Positions 9,209 to 18,032 of a DNA stretch of 64,000 bases are shown here, in pieces; position 1 is the first letter of the stretch; the number at the start of each line of letters is the position of its first letter. Made by a program: the position numbers and the translations under genes. The stretch is from a virus, in the IMG/VR virus record IMGVR_UViG_2912391263_000005, positions 1 through 64,000 of that record; one strand, written 5' to 3'. Under the pieces are notes generated by a model. The model made no database searches. It worked only from the letters and a program-made list of their open reading frames with translations, and was not told the DNA's origin.

Positions 9209-9670
9209 ATGGGCGGTATTTTTGGTAAAAAAGCAGAAGATGTTCAAGGTTCAATAATAAATGGCGTAACAATAATAGGTGATACTGGAAAAAGAGATAG
9301 TTCAGGCAATCAAATTGTAATCGCTAGAAATAAAAATAACGAAGTTTTTGAATCTTCTCTATCTAATATAAAAAGAGGTGTTGTTAACGGGACAGGCGAA
9401 GAGAGTGGCTACGTTAATTTAAAAAAAGCTAATGAAAAATACCATGTTGAAGGAACTTACGTTAAGGCTTTGTCTGTCGGTGGAACAAAAGGCGTTAATT
9501 GGGATAAACGAAGAAATAAATGGAAAGCACGATTATATTTCAAAGGAGAATATGTCTTACAAAAGGATTTCAACACCAAAGAAGAAGCAATCCAAGCACG
9601 ACTTGCAGCAGAAGAAAAATATTTCAAACCTATCTTAGAAAAATATGAAAATAAAAAGGAGAATGATTAA
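9209..9670 (+). CDS. AP2-domain DNA-binding protein
   Basis: AP2-like segment WDKRRNKWKARLYFKGEYVLQKDFNTKEEAIQARLAAEEKYF. No HNH motif present. Confidence 0.5.
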   Translation: MGGIFGKKAEDVQGSIINGVTIIGDTGKRDSSGNQIVIARNKNNEVFESSLSNIKRGVVNGTGEESGYVNLKKANEKYHVEGTYVKALSVGGTKGVNWDKRRNKWKARLYFKGEYVLQKDFNTKEEAIQARLAAEEKYFKPILEKYENKKEND

Positions 9671-9671
9671 C

Positions 9672-10172
9672 ATGACAGGATTTAACTTAGACTTTTCAAA
9701 AGCGCAACAAGGGAACGAAATCAAAGACGGTACGTACGAAGTGGTCGTAAACAAAGCTGTAGAAAATGCAACTAAATCAGGCGCAGAATTTATCGATATC
9801 GATTTGATCGTTCGTAACGATGTGGATCAACCGTTCCAAAATAAACACATTTTCGCAAAAATCTGGAAAGCCAAAGCTACCGGCAAATATAACGAAGGTA
9901 TGATCATGGCAATTGCACAAGCGCTACAGTTGGAAGACGGAAAATCATATAACGGGTTTGATGAATTGCTGGCGGACTTTGTTTTGAAAACCGCCTCAGT
10001 ACGCGTGAAAACTGAAGAGTCAAATGGATATAAAAACGTCAATGTGAAGTCTTGGGATAAAACGAACACACGGGGCGTAATGAATCACCAATTCAAAAAT
10101 GGTGATGAACCATCCTTCGGACCGGAACGTTCAAGAGCGACAACGGTTAGAAATGACAATCTTCCATTTTAA
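9672..10172 (+). CDS. DUF669-family phage protein
   Basis: Size and position between the helicase and primase, typical of the Sak4/DUF669/primase module. Confidence 0.5.
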   Translation: MTGFNLDFSKAQQGNEIKDGTYEVVVNKAVENATKSGAEFIDIDLIVRNDVDQPFQNKHIFAKIWKAKATGKYNEGMIMAIAQALQLEDGKSYNGFDELLADFVLKTASVRVKTEESNGYKNVNVKSWDKTNTRGVMNHQFKNGDEPSFGPERSRATTVRNDNLPF

Positions 10173-10186
10173 TTGAGGTGTAATCA

Positions 10187-12499
10187 ATGTATGAAAAAAT
10201 TCCAAAAGAGCTTAAAAATCTCAAACAATGGTGTGTTTATAAGCTAGTTTGGGATGAAAAGCGGCAGAAGCACACGAAGATCCCTTATAACGCCAACAAC
10301 GGGCATAAAGCCAAATCCAATGACGAGAGTACCTGGTCTGATTTTCAGACCGCTCTCGCTGCTATTGATCACTACGGAATGAGTGGACTGGGGTTCTTTT
10401 TCAAACCACCTTATTTCGGCATTGATATCGATAATGCTGAAGGTGAAGTTGAGCGATTTAAATCAGGTGATATAGAAGAAAATATTATCTATGAATTTAT
10501 CGAAAGCATGAGATCCTATGCTGAGTATTCTCAATCAGGTACTGGCATCCACATTATTGCTCGCGGAGAATTGCCCGGCGGAAGACGCAGGAAAGGTGAC
10601 GTAGAAATGTACCAGAACGGCCGATTCTTCGTTATGACTGGAAATGCCGCATCAAAATATTTAGAAATAACTGAGCCGAATCCAAAGGATATCAAACGCC
10701 TATATGATCGCTACGTTGGAGATGAAAAAATCATCCAATTCAAAGAAGAAAATCCGCTGATGAATACCGTTGATTTACCGGTTGAAGAAATTATCAAACG
10801 TGCTGAATCGTCTTCCCAAGGGGCAAGATTCAAAGTCTTTATGAACGGCGGTTGGGAAGCTTTTTATTCCTCGCAATCCGAAGCGGATATGGCGTTCGCC
10901 AACGACTTGGCTTTTTGGACCGGTAGAGACTTTGAAAAAATGGATGAGATTTTCAGAGCGTCTGCAATGATCCGTAGCAAATATGACCAAAAAAGGGGAT
11001 CGGCAACTTACGGAGAATCTCTACTAAATAAGGCAATTGCTGATACAAATTCCGTCTACAACCCCAAACGGAAATCTGATTTTAAGATTTTTATCAAAGA
11101 CCAGGAACAGCCAAAAGAGGAAAAATACTATTCGTACGACGACACCGGCAACGCGGATCGGTTTACTGATATCTACGGAACGTTAGTCAAATATTCGTAC
11201 ATTGATAAATCTTGGTATTACTACGATGGGAAAGTTTGGCTACAGGACAATACCGGCGAAGTTCGGAAAATGATCGATACGACAGTAGACATCATGGGAA
11301 AAGAACCGTTAACGATCCCTGAAGGCGCAGACGATGAAACCAAAGAAGCTTTGATGAAAGCGAAAGAAAAACACGTCAAGCGTTCTCGCAGCAATGCCGG
11401 AAAAAACGCTATGATGGACGAATTGAAACATCGACTATCCGTATTGCCGGAAGAGTTCGACAAAGATAAAACGCTGTTCAACACACAAAGCGGCTATCTG
11501 TCTTTGCATGACGGTCTTCTACACGAGCATGAGATAGACAAAATGTTTACACGTGTTTCAAATGTCGAGTACACAGAATCGGTCGATTGTCCTATGTGGG
11601 AAGAATTTATTAATCAGATTTTTGACAATGATCAAGAATTAATCAGATATATCCAGAAATGTGTCGGATATTCCCTGACCGGATCTACCGGAGAGCAATG
11701 TATGTTCATCCTCTACGGTCATGGGTCAAATGGAAAGTCGGTATTTTTGGAAATTATTTCTGAATTGATGGGAAACTATGCGATGACTATGCAGGCACAA
11801 ACGATCATGGTCAAGCAAAGCCAATCATCAGCAAACAGTGATATTGCACGATTGAAAGGTGCGCGGTTGGTCACTTCGTCAGAACCGAATGAAGGCGTCC
11901 GACTGGACGAAGGTCTGGTCAAACAATTGACTGGTGGTGATAAAGTCACGGCTCGGCACCTTTATGGAAAAGAATTCGAGTTCGAACCTGAATTCAAGTT
12001 GTGGCTGGCAACGAACCACAAGCCCATCATCCGTGGGACCGATGACGGCATCTGGCGACGGTTAAATTTAATTCCATTCACTGTCCAAATCCCGGATCAC
12101 AAAAAGGATAAAAATCTGAAATTTAAATTGCAGACGGAGTTGCAAGGGATCCTTAAATGGGCAATCGATGGTTGCCTGTTGTGGCAGAGAGAGGGCTTGG
12201 AGAAACCAAAGTCGGTTGTTGCAGCGAGTCAGGATTATCGAAACGAAATGGATCAAATAGGTACATTTATCGAAACGTGTTGCGAAACAGGTCCAGGACT
12301 AAAAATATCAGGCGGAGAATTATACAAAGTTTATCGTGAATGGGCATCAGATAATGGCGAGCATACTTTCACTAACACGAAGTTTGGCAGAGAGATTTCA
12401 AAGAAATATAGCAAAGAAAAAGCTGGTGGATTTATGGTTTATAAAGGAATCACATTAAAACCAAGAAAATACGATAACGTTAGAGAACTTTTTAAATAA
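10187..12499 (+). CDS. bifunctional primase-polymerase / P4-type (D5-like) replicative helicase
   Basis: 770 aa. Walker A GHGSNGKS in the C-terminal half. N-terminal prim-pol-like region. Confidence 0.85.
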   Translation: MYEKIPKELKNLKQWCVYKLVWDEKRQKHTKIPYNANNGHKAKSNDESTWSDFQTALAAIDHYGMSGLGFFFKPPYFGIDIDNAEGEVERFKSGDIEENIIYEFIESMRSYAEYSQSGTGIHIIARGELPGGRRRKGDVEMYQNGRFFVMTGNAASKYLEITEPNPKDIKRLYDRYVGDEKIIQFKEENPLMNTVDLPVEEIIKRAESSSQGARFKVFMNGGWEAFYSSQSEADMAFANDLAFWTGRDFEKMDEIFRASAMIRSKYDQKRGSATYGESLLNKAIADTNSVYNPKRKSDFKIFIKDQEQPKEEKYYSYDDTGNADRFTDIYGTLVKYSYIDKSWYYYDGKVWLQDNTGEVRKMIDTTVDIMGKEPLTIPEGADDETKEALMKAKEKHVKRSRSNAGKNAMMDELKHRLSVLPEEFDKDKTLFNTQSGYLSLHDGLLHEHEIDKMFTRVSNVEYTESVDCPMWEEFINQIFDNDQELIRYIQKCVGYSLTGSTGEQCMFILYGHGSNGKSVFLEIISELMGNYAMTMQAQTIMVKQSQSSANSDIARLKGARLVTSSEPNEGVRLDEGLVKQLTGGDKVTARHLYGKEFEFEPEFKLWLATNHKPIIRGTDDGIWRRLNLIPFTVQIPDHKKDKNLKFKLQTELQGILKWAIDGCLLWQREGLEKPKSVVAASQDYRNEMDQIGTFIETCCETGPGLKISGGELYKVYREWASDNGEHTFTNTKFGREISKKYSKEKAGGFMVYKGITLKPRKYDNVRELFK

Positions 12500-12500
12500 A

Positions 12501-12742
12501 TCTGGAGGGTTCTGGAGGGTTGAGAACGAAACCCTCCAACCCTTAGAAACGTTGATATATCAGTATTTATATTATATTTTTCTTTCTTTCTGGAGGGTTT
12601 TAAAAAAATAATAAAGTATTAAAGTAAAAAATAAAAAGTAAATTATATAAAAAAGAATAGGTTTTTGGGTCTGACCCTCCAAACTCTCCACCAAAATCTT
12701 CCTAAATGCTTTGATACCAACGATTAAACAGTCTGGAGGGTT
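12501..12742. repeat. iteron cluster (TCTGGAGGGTT) flanking an AT-rich unwinding element; putative phage origin
   Basis: Direct copies at 12501-12511, 12511-12521, 12589-12599 and 12732-12742. Inverted copies at 12530-12540 and 12673-12683. A more than 85% AT stretch lies at 12560-12660. Confidence 0.55.
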
Positions 12743-12745
12743 ACA

Positions 12746-13063
12746 TTGAAATCAGAACATCAAATACAAGACGAGATCAGAATTGCCTTATCAAAACATG
12801 GTTGCACGATTTTTCGATCCAATGCGGGACAAGTGACAACGATCGAAGGGCGGCAATTTTACGGGATGCCAAAAGGGTTCCCAGATCTATGTGGACATCG
12901 TAATTCTGATGGGAAAGCAATTTATATAGAAGTAAAAAATGAACGCGGTAAGTTGCGTGAAGATCAAAAAAGGTTTGCTGAATTTTTAAACGGTCAACCT
13001 GTACTATACGGTGTTGCACGATCAGTGGAAGAAGCATTGAAAATTGTGGAGGAATCATCATGA
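12746..13063 (+). CDS. VRR-NUC domain nuclease
   Basis: TTG start. Motif IEVKNERGKLREDQKRF. The last iteron GGAGGG serves as its RBS. Confidence 0.7.
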   Translation: MKSEHQIQDEIRIALSKHGCTIFRSNAGQVTTIEGRQFYGMPKGFPDLCGHRNSDGKAIYIEVKNERGKLREDQKRFAEFLNGQPVLYGVARSVEEALKIVEESS

Positions 13064-13221
13064 CAACAGAAGAAGTGATTCAAATGCGTATTCGAAGCCT
13101 TCAGCGTGAGATTGACGATCTGGAACGGACAAAGGCAGTGATGGTCAATGAAACGGCGAGGAAGGCAATCGATGTGCACATAGAGAATTTAAGAAGGGAA
13201 ATCCGTAGATTGGAGGAATGA
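13060..13221 (+). CDS. small coiled-coil protein (53 aa)
   Basis: ATGA overlap with VRR-NUC. Not in the ORF table. Confidence 0.3.
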   Translation: MTTEEVIQMRIRSLQREIDDLERTKAVMVNETARKAIDVHIENLRREIRRLEE

Positions 13222-13544
13222 GCGTGGATAAGGAAGCGGCTTGGCGAAAATTAATGTTGCTGATTCAAGATGAGAACTGGCAAGAAGATGAAGCAGTGGT
13301 TGCTGAAGTTCAGCGTCTAGAAAAGATTGCTAACGGACGTATACGAAAAAAGCCAGACAAAAGAAAACAGCGCAAAGGGAAAATCGTCGTTGTTTTACAC
13401 GAAGGCAAAATTTTGATGCAAGGAACAGCTAGTGAGCTGTCTGCAGAAACTGGATATACGCGTGGGACTATTCGAACGTACGCTTGGCGAAATCACACCG
13501 ATCGAAAAGGGCACGAATATAAGTATTTGGAGGAAGAAAAATGA
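13218..13544 (+). CDS. hypothetical phage protein
   Basis: 108-aa ORF, coupled to its neighbours. Confidence 0.45.
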   Translation: MSVDKEAAWRKLMLLIQDENWQEDEAVVAEVQRLEKIANGRIRKKPDKRKQRKGKIVVVLHEGKILMQGTASELSAETGYTRGTIRTYAWRNHTDRKGHEYKYLEEEK

Positions 13545-14356
13545 ACGAAAACAAATTAATCAAATTGGGTGTAGCAGGAGCAGTAATCGTAGGTATTGGA
13601 GTTATCGGAGGATTTAAGTTCTTCGAAAAAATCGATAATGGATATGTGGGTGTGCGCTATTCAATGAACGGCGGTATCAAAGATGAAGCACTGACGCAAG
13701 GTGTGAAATTTGTAGGGATTGACAAAGTGATCCAATATCCAATTCGCTTGCAAACTATCCAATCAAAAAATATTTCAGTATCTACAAGCGACGGCAAAAA
13801 GACAACGATTGATATCAAATATGACTACAAAGTTGATTCAACTAAAGCAGCAAAAATGTACAAGGAATTTGGGAATATCACTTCGGAAGATATCGAAAGT
13901 GGATGGTTAAAATCTAAGCTTCAAAAGGTCGCTCGTGAAGTTTATGCGAAATATAGTCTGCTTGATGTCCTTTCAGGAGATTCCTCTAAAGTTGAAGCTG
14001 AGGTATTAACGAACTTTGCTAAATCAGTTGAATCTAAAGGGTTTGAAGTCGAAGACGTAACACTTGGTGTTCCAGATGTCGATAAAGAAACACAAAAATC
14101 AATCGATGCGATCATTCGAGCTGGTCAAGAAAATGAAAAAGCGAAGCTAGACGCAGAAACTGCAAAAACTCAAGCTGATAGTGAAGCTTACAAGAAAACA
14201 AAAGCTGCAGAAGCAGAGGCAGAATCTAATCGCAAAGTCGCCGAATCAGTAACAGACAATTTGATTCGTTATGAAGAAGCTCAAGCTCGCAAAAAGCATG
14301 GATGGGTAACAGTAAATGGAGCAGATACTGTAGTTACGGATGAAGCAGGCAAATAA
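13541..14356 (+). CDS. SPFH/band-7 (prohibitin/HflC-like) membrane protein
   Basis: N-terminal TM (LGVAGAVIVGIGVIGG). SPFH-like core. C-terminal A/E/K-rich coiled coil. Confidence 0.7.
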   Translation: MNENKLIKLGVAGAVIVGIGVIGGFKFFEKIDNGYVGVRYSMNGGIKDEALTQGVKFVGIDKVIQYPIRLQTIQSKNISVSTSDGKKTTIDIKYDYKVDSTKAAKMYKEFGNITSEDIESGWLKSKLQKVAREVYAKYSLLDVLSGDSSKVEAEVLTNFAKSVESKGFEVEDVTLGVPDVDKETQKSIDAIIRAGQENEKAKLDAETAKTQADSEAYKKTKAAEAEAESNRKVAESVTDNLIRYEEAQARKKHGWVTVNGADTVVTDEAGK

Positions 14357-14357
14357 T

Positions 14358-14483
14358 ATGGGATTCTTTATGGCTAAAATTCTCTTGTTCTTAGGTTTAG
14401 TAGGAGCAGCATATCTCGTGTATGCGCTCCTTTCCCAAACTGATGACAAAGAAGATGACAACAACGATGAAATGAAATTTTAG
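14358..14483 (+). CDS. small membrane protein (41 aa) downstream of SPFH gene
   Basis: Single TM (AKILLFLGLVGAAYLVYALL) plus an acidic tail. Not in the ORF table. Confidence 0.35.
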   Translation: MGFFMAKILLFLGLVGAAYLVYALLSQTDDKEDDNNDEMKF

Positions 14484-14494
14484 GAGGAGAAATA

Positions 14495-14806
14495 ATGGAC
14501 GAACTAATCACAAAAGTAGAGCAGTGGGCTAAAGACAAGGGACTGGATCAAGCAGATCCAAAAGCACAGTTTTTGAAAGTAGCTGAGGAATTCGGGGAAA
14601 TAGCTTCGGCGATGGCAAGAAGTAATGATGAACTATTTAAAGATAGCGTAGGAGACGTTATCGTCACGCTGATTATCCTTTCCATGCAAAAAGGGACAAA
14701 CGTACAAGAGTGTTTAGAAATGGCATACAACGAAATCAAAGGACGCACAGGGAAAATGGTAGATGGTGTATTCGTGAAGTCGAGTGATTTGGAGGATGTG
14801 AAATGA
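14495..14806 (+). CDS. MazG-like nucleotide pyrophosphohydrolase
   Basis: Phage-MazG pattern (EEFGE...). 103 aa. RBS GGAGGAG. Confidence 0.7.
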   Translation: MDELITKVEQWAKDKGLDQADPKAQFLKVAEEFGEIASAMARSNDELFKDSVGDVIVTLIILSMQKGTNVQECLEMAYNEIKGRTGKMVDGVFVKSSDLEDVK

Positions 14807-15033
14807 AATACGAAATACCACTAAGTGAAGCGGGCATTCAAGCAATTATCAATGGTCGGGAGGTTAACATAGAACTTCCTGATGGTACTGAATTAGTCAT
14901 CAGACAAAGTTATTTGAAAGATATGGCAGCTCCAGTATTAATTGATCGTTTTAACGTGACTGATTCTGTGGTAGAGAACCACTTAAAAGAATTTCGATCA
15001 AGTATAGACAACACTTTCAGATTAGGGAGTTGA
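14803..15033 (+). CDS. hypothetical phage protein
   Basis: 76-aa ORF, coupled. Confidence 0.4.
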   Translation: MKYEIPLSEAGIQAIINGREVNIELPDGTELVIRQSYLKDMAAPVLIDRFNVTDSVVENHLKEFRSSIDNTFRLGS

Positions 15034-15039
15034 TTGACA

Positions 15040-15243
15040 ATGAACACCAGACACCGCAGAGTAGCAAAACTAAGAAAACAGGAACTAAATGTACTAAAGA
15101 CAAAGTTTGAAAAAGAATATGGAATTTCAGCAGAAGAAACATATAAAGTGGCAAGTCAGTTTGTTGCTGATGCAAGTGATGCTATTCGTAAGTTTGGGAT
15201 TTCGATATTAAATGATGATCGTAAATGGGAGGAAATGAGATGA
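15040..15243 (+). CDS. hypothetical phage protein
   Basis: ORF in the table from 15034; ATG at 15040 is the likely start. Confidence 0.4.
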   Translation: MNTRHRRVAKLRKQELNVLKTKFEKEYGISAEETYKVASQFVADASDAIRKFGISILNDDRKWEEMR

Positions 15244-15539
15244 AACTAAAAGACGGATTTTACGCTAGTAGTCACGGCATCGGCGGTTTAATGCTAGATA
15301 TGCCGACAAAGAACCCTAAAACACGTAAGAAACCAAAAGTCAAAGTTGGTGACATGGTTCGCTGTGAAGCAGAAGGGTTCATCTATCCGTTTCGTGGATA
15401 TGTAGAGCATCTCTATAATCACTCAGCGATCATTCGCATTGAAAACACGATGGAATGTGACAAGTGGTTAGCGAAAAGCAAAGAGAATTTAGCTGTAGCG
15501 AGATTGGTGGATATGGAGGTTATAAACAATGAAGTTTAA
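15240..15539 (+). CDS. hypothetical phage protein
   Basis: RBS GGGAGGAAATGAG before ATG 15240. Confidence 0.4.
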   Translation: MKLKDGFYASSHGIGGLMLDMPTKNPKTRKKPKVKVGDMVRCEAEGFIYPFRGYVEHLYNHSAIIRIENTMECDKWLAKSKENLAVARLVDMEVINNEV

Positions 15540-15693
15540 AATCTTTGAAGAGGACACTCGTTATAAATTAGAAAAAGAATTAAACGATTTTGCGAAAAAC
15601 AATGAGATTCAGCATATATCTTTAGCAACTTCTAAGAGAGGTTATGCAAATTACTATGCAGCTGTTGTGAGCTATGTAAGTCGAGAAGTGTAA
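15529..15693 (+). CDS. Cse60-like small protein (54 aa)
   Basis: MKFKIFEEDTRYKLEKELNDF... resembles the small Cse60 family frequent in Firmicute phages. Not in the ORF table. Confidence 0.35.
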   Translation: MKFKIFEEDTRYKLEKELNDFAKNNEIQHISLATSKRGYANYYAAVVSYVSREV

Positions 15694-15781
15694 CTCGGCA
15701 AATAAAAAAAGCCGGATCGCTCCGACTGATTCAATAAATCCAACACATTTATTATATCACATAAAGGAGCGGTTTGACTTG

Positions 15782-16195
15782 ATGCAATTGTTACGAGAGG
15801 TAGATTTCAAACAGACAAGATGTAATGCGAGAGATGTGCTGAAGAACTTTCGGCGTTTGGAGCGGATGGCAGGTCGCTCTTTGATAGATATTAAGTCGCC
15901 GATTATTACGGATATGCCGAAGGCACCGAAGCACGGCAATAAGGCAGAAGACGCGATCATTCAAATGATGGATATAGAAGCGGAGAGAGACGCGATTCTA
16001 GCGGCTTTGATGGCTCTTAGTCTGATTAGTCGTCAGATACTCTACTACAGCTTCTGTGTGCCAGATAGCTTCTCAAACTACAGGATTAGCCGTGAAGTGG
16101 GTTATTCAGAAAGAAGCATACAAAGGATGAAGTCGGAAGCTCTAATAGAGTTTGCAGAAGCGTATAAACACGGAAGAATAATTGCTTATAAATAG
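15782..16195 (+). CDS. arpU: ArpU-family late transcriptional regulator (sigma-like)
   Basis: About 137 aa. C-terminal sigma region-4-like HTH (ERSIQRMKSEALIEFAEAY). Positioned before the packaging module. Confidence 0.7.
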   Translation: MQLLREVDFKQTRCNARDVLKNFRRLERMAGRSLIDIKSPIITDMPKAPKHGNKAEDAIIQMMDIEAERDAILAALMALSLISRQILYYSFCVPDSFSNYRISREVGYSERSIQRMKSEALIEFAEAYKHGRIIAYK

Positions 16196-16207
16196 GGGGA
16201 CCATATA

Positions 16208-16594
16208 ATGTGGAAAGATTATGTATCGTTGAAAGAGTTGAAAAAAGATCTTGTTTTCAAAAGAATTGTAGAATGGTCAGAGAGTGAATTAATTTTAGAA
16301 GATGGAACCAAAATGGAAGTTGTATGTAGCGAATCAGATTGCTGCGCATGGGCCGAAGGTGAATTCAAAAATGTAAAGCTTGATGCAGTGATTACAGATA
16401 TAAAGATTTTTGATAAAGGTAACCGTCTCTATAATGGTGACGGACATACCTCTTATGCTGAAGTCGTTGTTTATCATAATCGTAATGAGATCGCTAAAGC
16501 AGAATGCACAGCGAATGATGGGAATGGCGGCTACTATTATAGTGTTTGTGCTTTAAAGGTCAAAGACAAACTTTGTATAGTGACTGACGCATAA
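16208..16594 (+). CDS. hypothetical Cys-rich phage protein
   Basis: 128-aa ORF with RBS GGGGGACC. Confidence 0.45.
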   Translation: MWKDYVSLKELKKDLVFKRIVEWSESELILEDGTKMEVVCSESDCCAWAEGEFKNVKLDAVITDIKIFDKGNRLYNGDGHTSYAEVVVYHNRNEIAKAECTANDGNGGYYYSVCALKVKDKLCIVTDA

Positions 16595-16906
16595 AAAATG
16601 GCGGTTTTTTGGCGGAATGATGGCGGTTTTTAGCCATTTATCAGTGATATTATGGTAGTGTCGAAAGATTAGGAAACAGGATCGACAAAATAAAATGTAA
16701 GGGAGGCAATCTCCCTCATCGTTTTAAACTTCTTCTTAGATAGACAGCAACTAATTATGAAGAAAAGGATGTGAATTCAACTCCTCCTAAATTCTTCATC
16801 GGTTGCTGTTTATTTTGATTAGACAGCAGCACTCACAAAACTAAACATGTTCTTGTCGTCTTTCAACTGCTGCTGTCTATTAATTTATGTATTGGAGGGA
16901 AGAAAA

Positions 16907-17059
16907 ATGAAATTATCAGTAGAAGGCACTCCAGAAGAAATACAAGAATTGCTCCAAGCTATTGGTAGTAGCAAGGAGCAAAAGGTAAGTGTTTCTAATT
17001 CAGATATTGACGGTATTTGCAATTGTTTAAACAGAGAAAAAATATCTAATCCTTACTAA
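16907..17059 (+). CDS. small hypothetical protein (50 aa)
   Basis: RBS TTGGAGGGAAG before ATG 16907. The upstream part of the table ORF 16847..17059 is probably leader. Confidence 0.3.
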   Translation: MKLSVEGTPEEIQELLQAIGSSKEQKVSVSNSDIDGICNCLNREKISNPY

Positions 17060-17343
17060 GAGAAAATATGTTCGTTAATGAATTTCCAATTTTCCTCTGT
17101 AGCTCTACCTTGATAATTTTTTTGCAGTTCACAGATGAATAAGGAATCGTTATTATCAAGTACTGTATTTAATTTTTCACACATTTGATTTGGATTCAAA
17201 TTAGTTTTAACTAACCAAAAAGATTTTTGTAGCTTTATATATGCCCCAAATTCTTTTATTATTTCAAATACTTTATCATACTTTTGCCCTGGGTTATTAA
17301 GATCATAACTAATCATGTAGGGTTTATACATGTTGTCTTGCAC
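17056..17343 (-). CDS. hypothetical protein with Cas2/VapD-like sequence pattern; reverse-oriented moron
   Basis: 95 aa. Pattern YDLnn...KVFEIIKEFGAYIKLQKSFWLVKT...DSLFICEL resembles the ferredoxin-like Cas2/VapD fold. Motif-level call only. Confidence 0.35.
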   Translation of the reverse strand: MQDNMYKPYMISYDLNNPGQKYDKVFEIIKEFGAYIKLQKSFWLVKTNLNPNQMCEKLNTVLDNNDSLFICELQKNYQGRATEENWKFINEHIFS

Positions 17344-17479
17344 ATCCTTGTTTTATATTTCAGCGGACCACTCGCTGATAACTAAAATTATACACTTAGG
17401 TCATTGGAAAAAGCTGATAGTGAATTTGCAGAAAAATACAATTTAACCAAATAATTAAAAAAAAGGTGGGTGAAGAGAA

Positions 17480-17563
17480 ATGATGGCGTTAATAATTTCA
17501 ATTTTTGCGCTCTGTCTTAATGTCTATATGATTGGATTTAAAAATGGGCAAAATAAAAAATAG
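17480..17563 (+). CDS. 27-aa hydrophobic peptide with Lys-rich tail (type I toxin-like)
   Basis: MMALIISIFALCLNVYMIGFKNGQNKK. RBS GGTGGGTGA. Immediately upstream of the structured ORF-free region. Confidence 0.25.
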   Translation: MMALIISIFALCLNVYMIGFKNGQNKK

Positions 17564-17584
17564 TAGCAGCCAAGAATAATTTTA

Positions 17585-18032
17585 TAGTGTCACTGTGGCG
17601 GAAAGGTAGACGCTAAGCATGCGTGCTAGGTCAATGCTTCGGCAACCATGCAATGTTCGATTCATTGCCAGTGACTTAAGGAACCTACGGAAACAATTCA
17701 TCTTATCGGATGCCGATGAATTGGCTGACTAGTCGGGATGCCACTAGCAGTTAAAAGGCATAAAATACTAGCGCAGACGTGCGCCACTCTCAGGTGTAGG
17801 TTAGGAGAGAAACATTAATTGGGGTTATTAGGAATACGATAACCTGCTTGCGACAAAGCTTTGTACTGTCGCGTTGGTCATGGACAGAGACGGTATTCTG
17901 TTTCAGTATTCGTTAGCAACCGAAGAATCGGCGGTTTAAAAATATAGGGGTGCGCAATTTCGTACGCGTTTTGTGCATCGTGTAGGTTGCTATTACATAT
18001 TAGATCACTCATCGAGTGGTCTTTTTATTTTG
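17585..18032 (+). ncRNA. candidate large structured prophage ncRNA (GOLLD/ROOL-like?) with tRNA-like 5-prime module
   Basis: No ORF of 60 aa or more in 17344-18048. GC-rich core dense in hairpins. T-arm-like caatg-TTCGATT-cattg at 17651-17667 with an acceptor-like pairing of 17589-95 with 17669-75. Hairpin plus T-run terminator at 18006-18030. Confidence 0.35.
18004..18030 (+). terminator. intrinsic terminator ending the ORF-free region
   Basis: Stem cactc/gagtg (18006-18020) followed by CTTTTTATTTT. Confidence 0.5.

Noticed and set aside
16595-16645. Direct repeat atggcggttttt x2 after gene 16208..16594
   Set aside because: No complementary arm for a hairpin. Probably just T-rich 3-prime UTR sequence. 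Not called as a terminator.
17589-17676. Canonical tRNA or tmRNA at the start of the ORF-free region
   Set aside because: T-arm and acceptor-like pairing exist, but the would-be anticodon stem (aagca/tgctt) encloses a 15-nt loop. An extra base separates the T-stem from the acceptor. The tRNA-like domain is at the 5-prime end rather than split 5-prime/3-prime as in tmRNA, and no tag-peptide frame is present. It is kept only as a tRNA-like module of a larger RNA.
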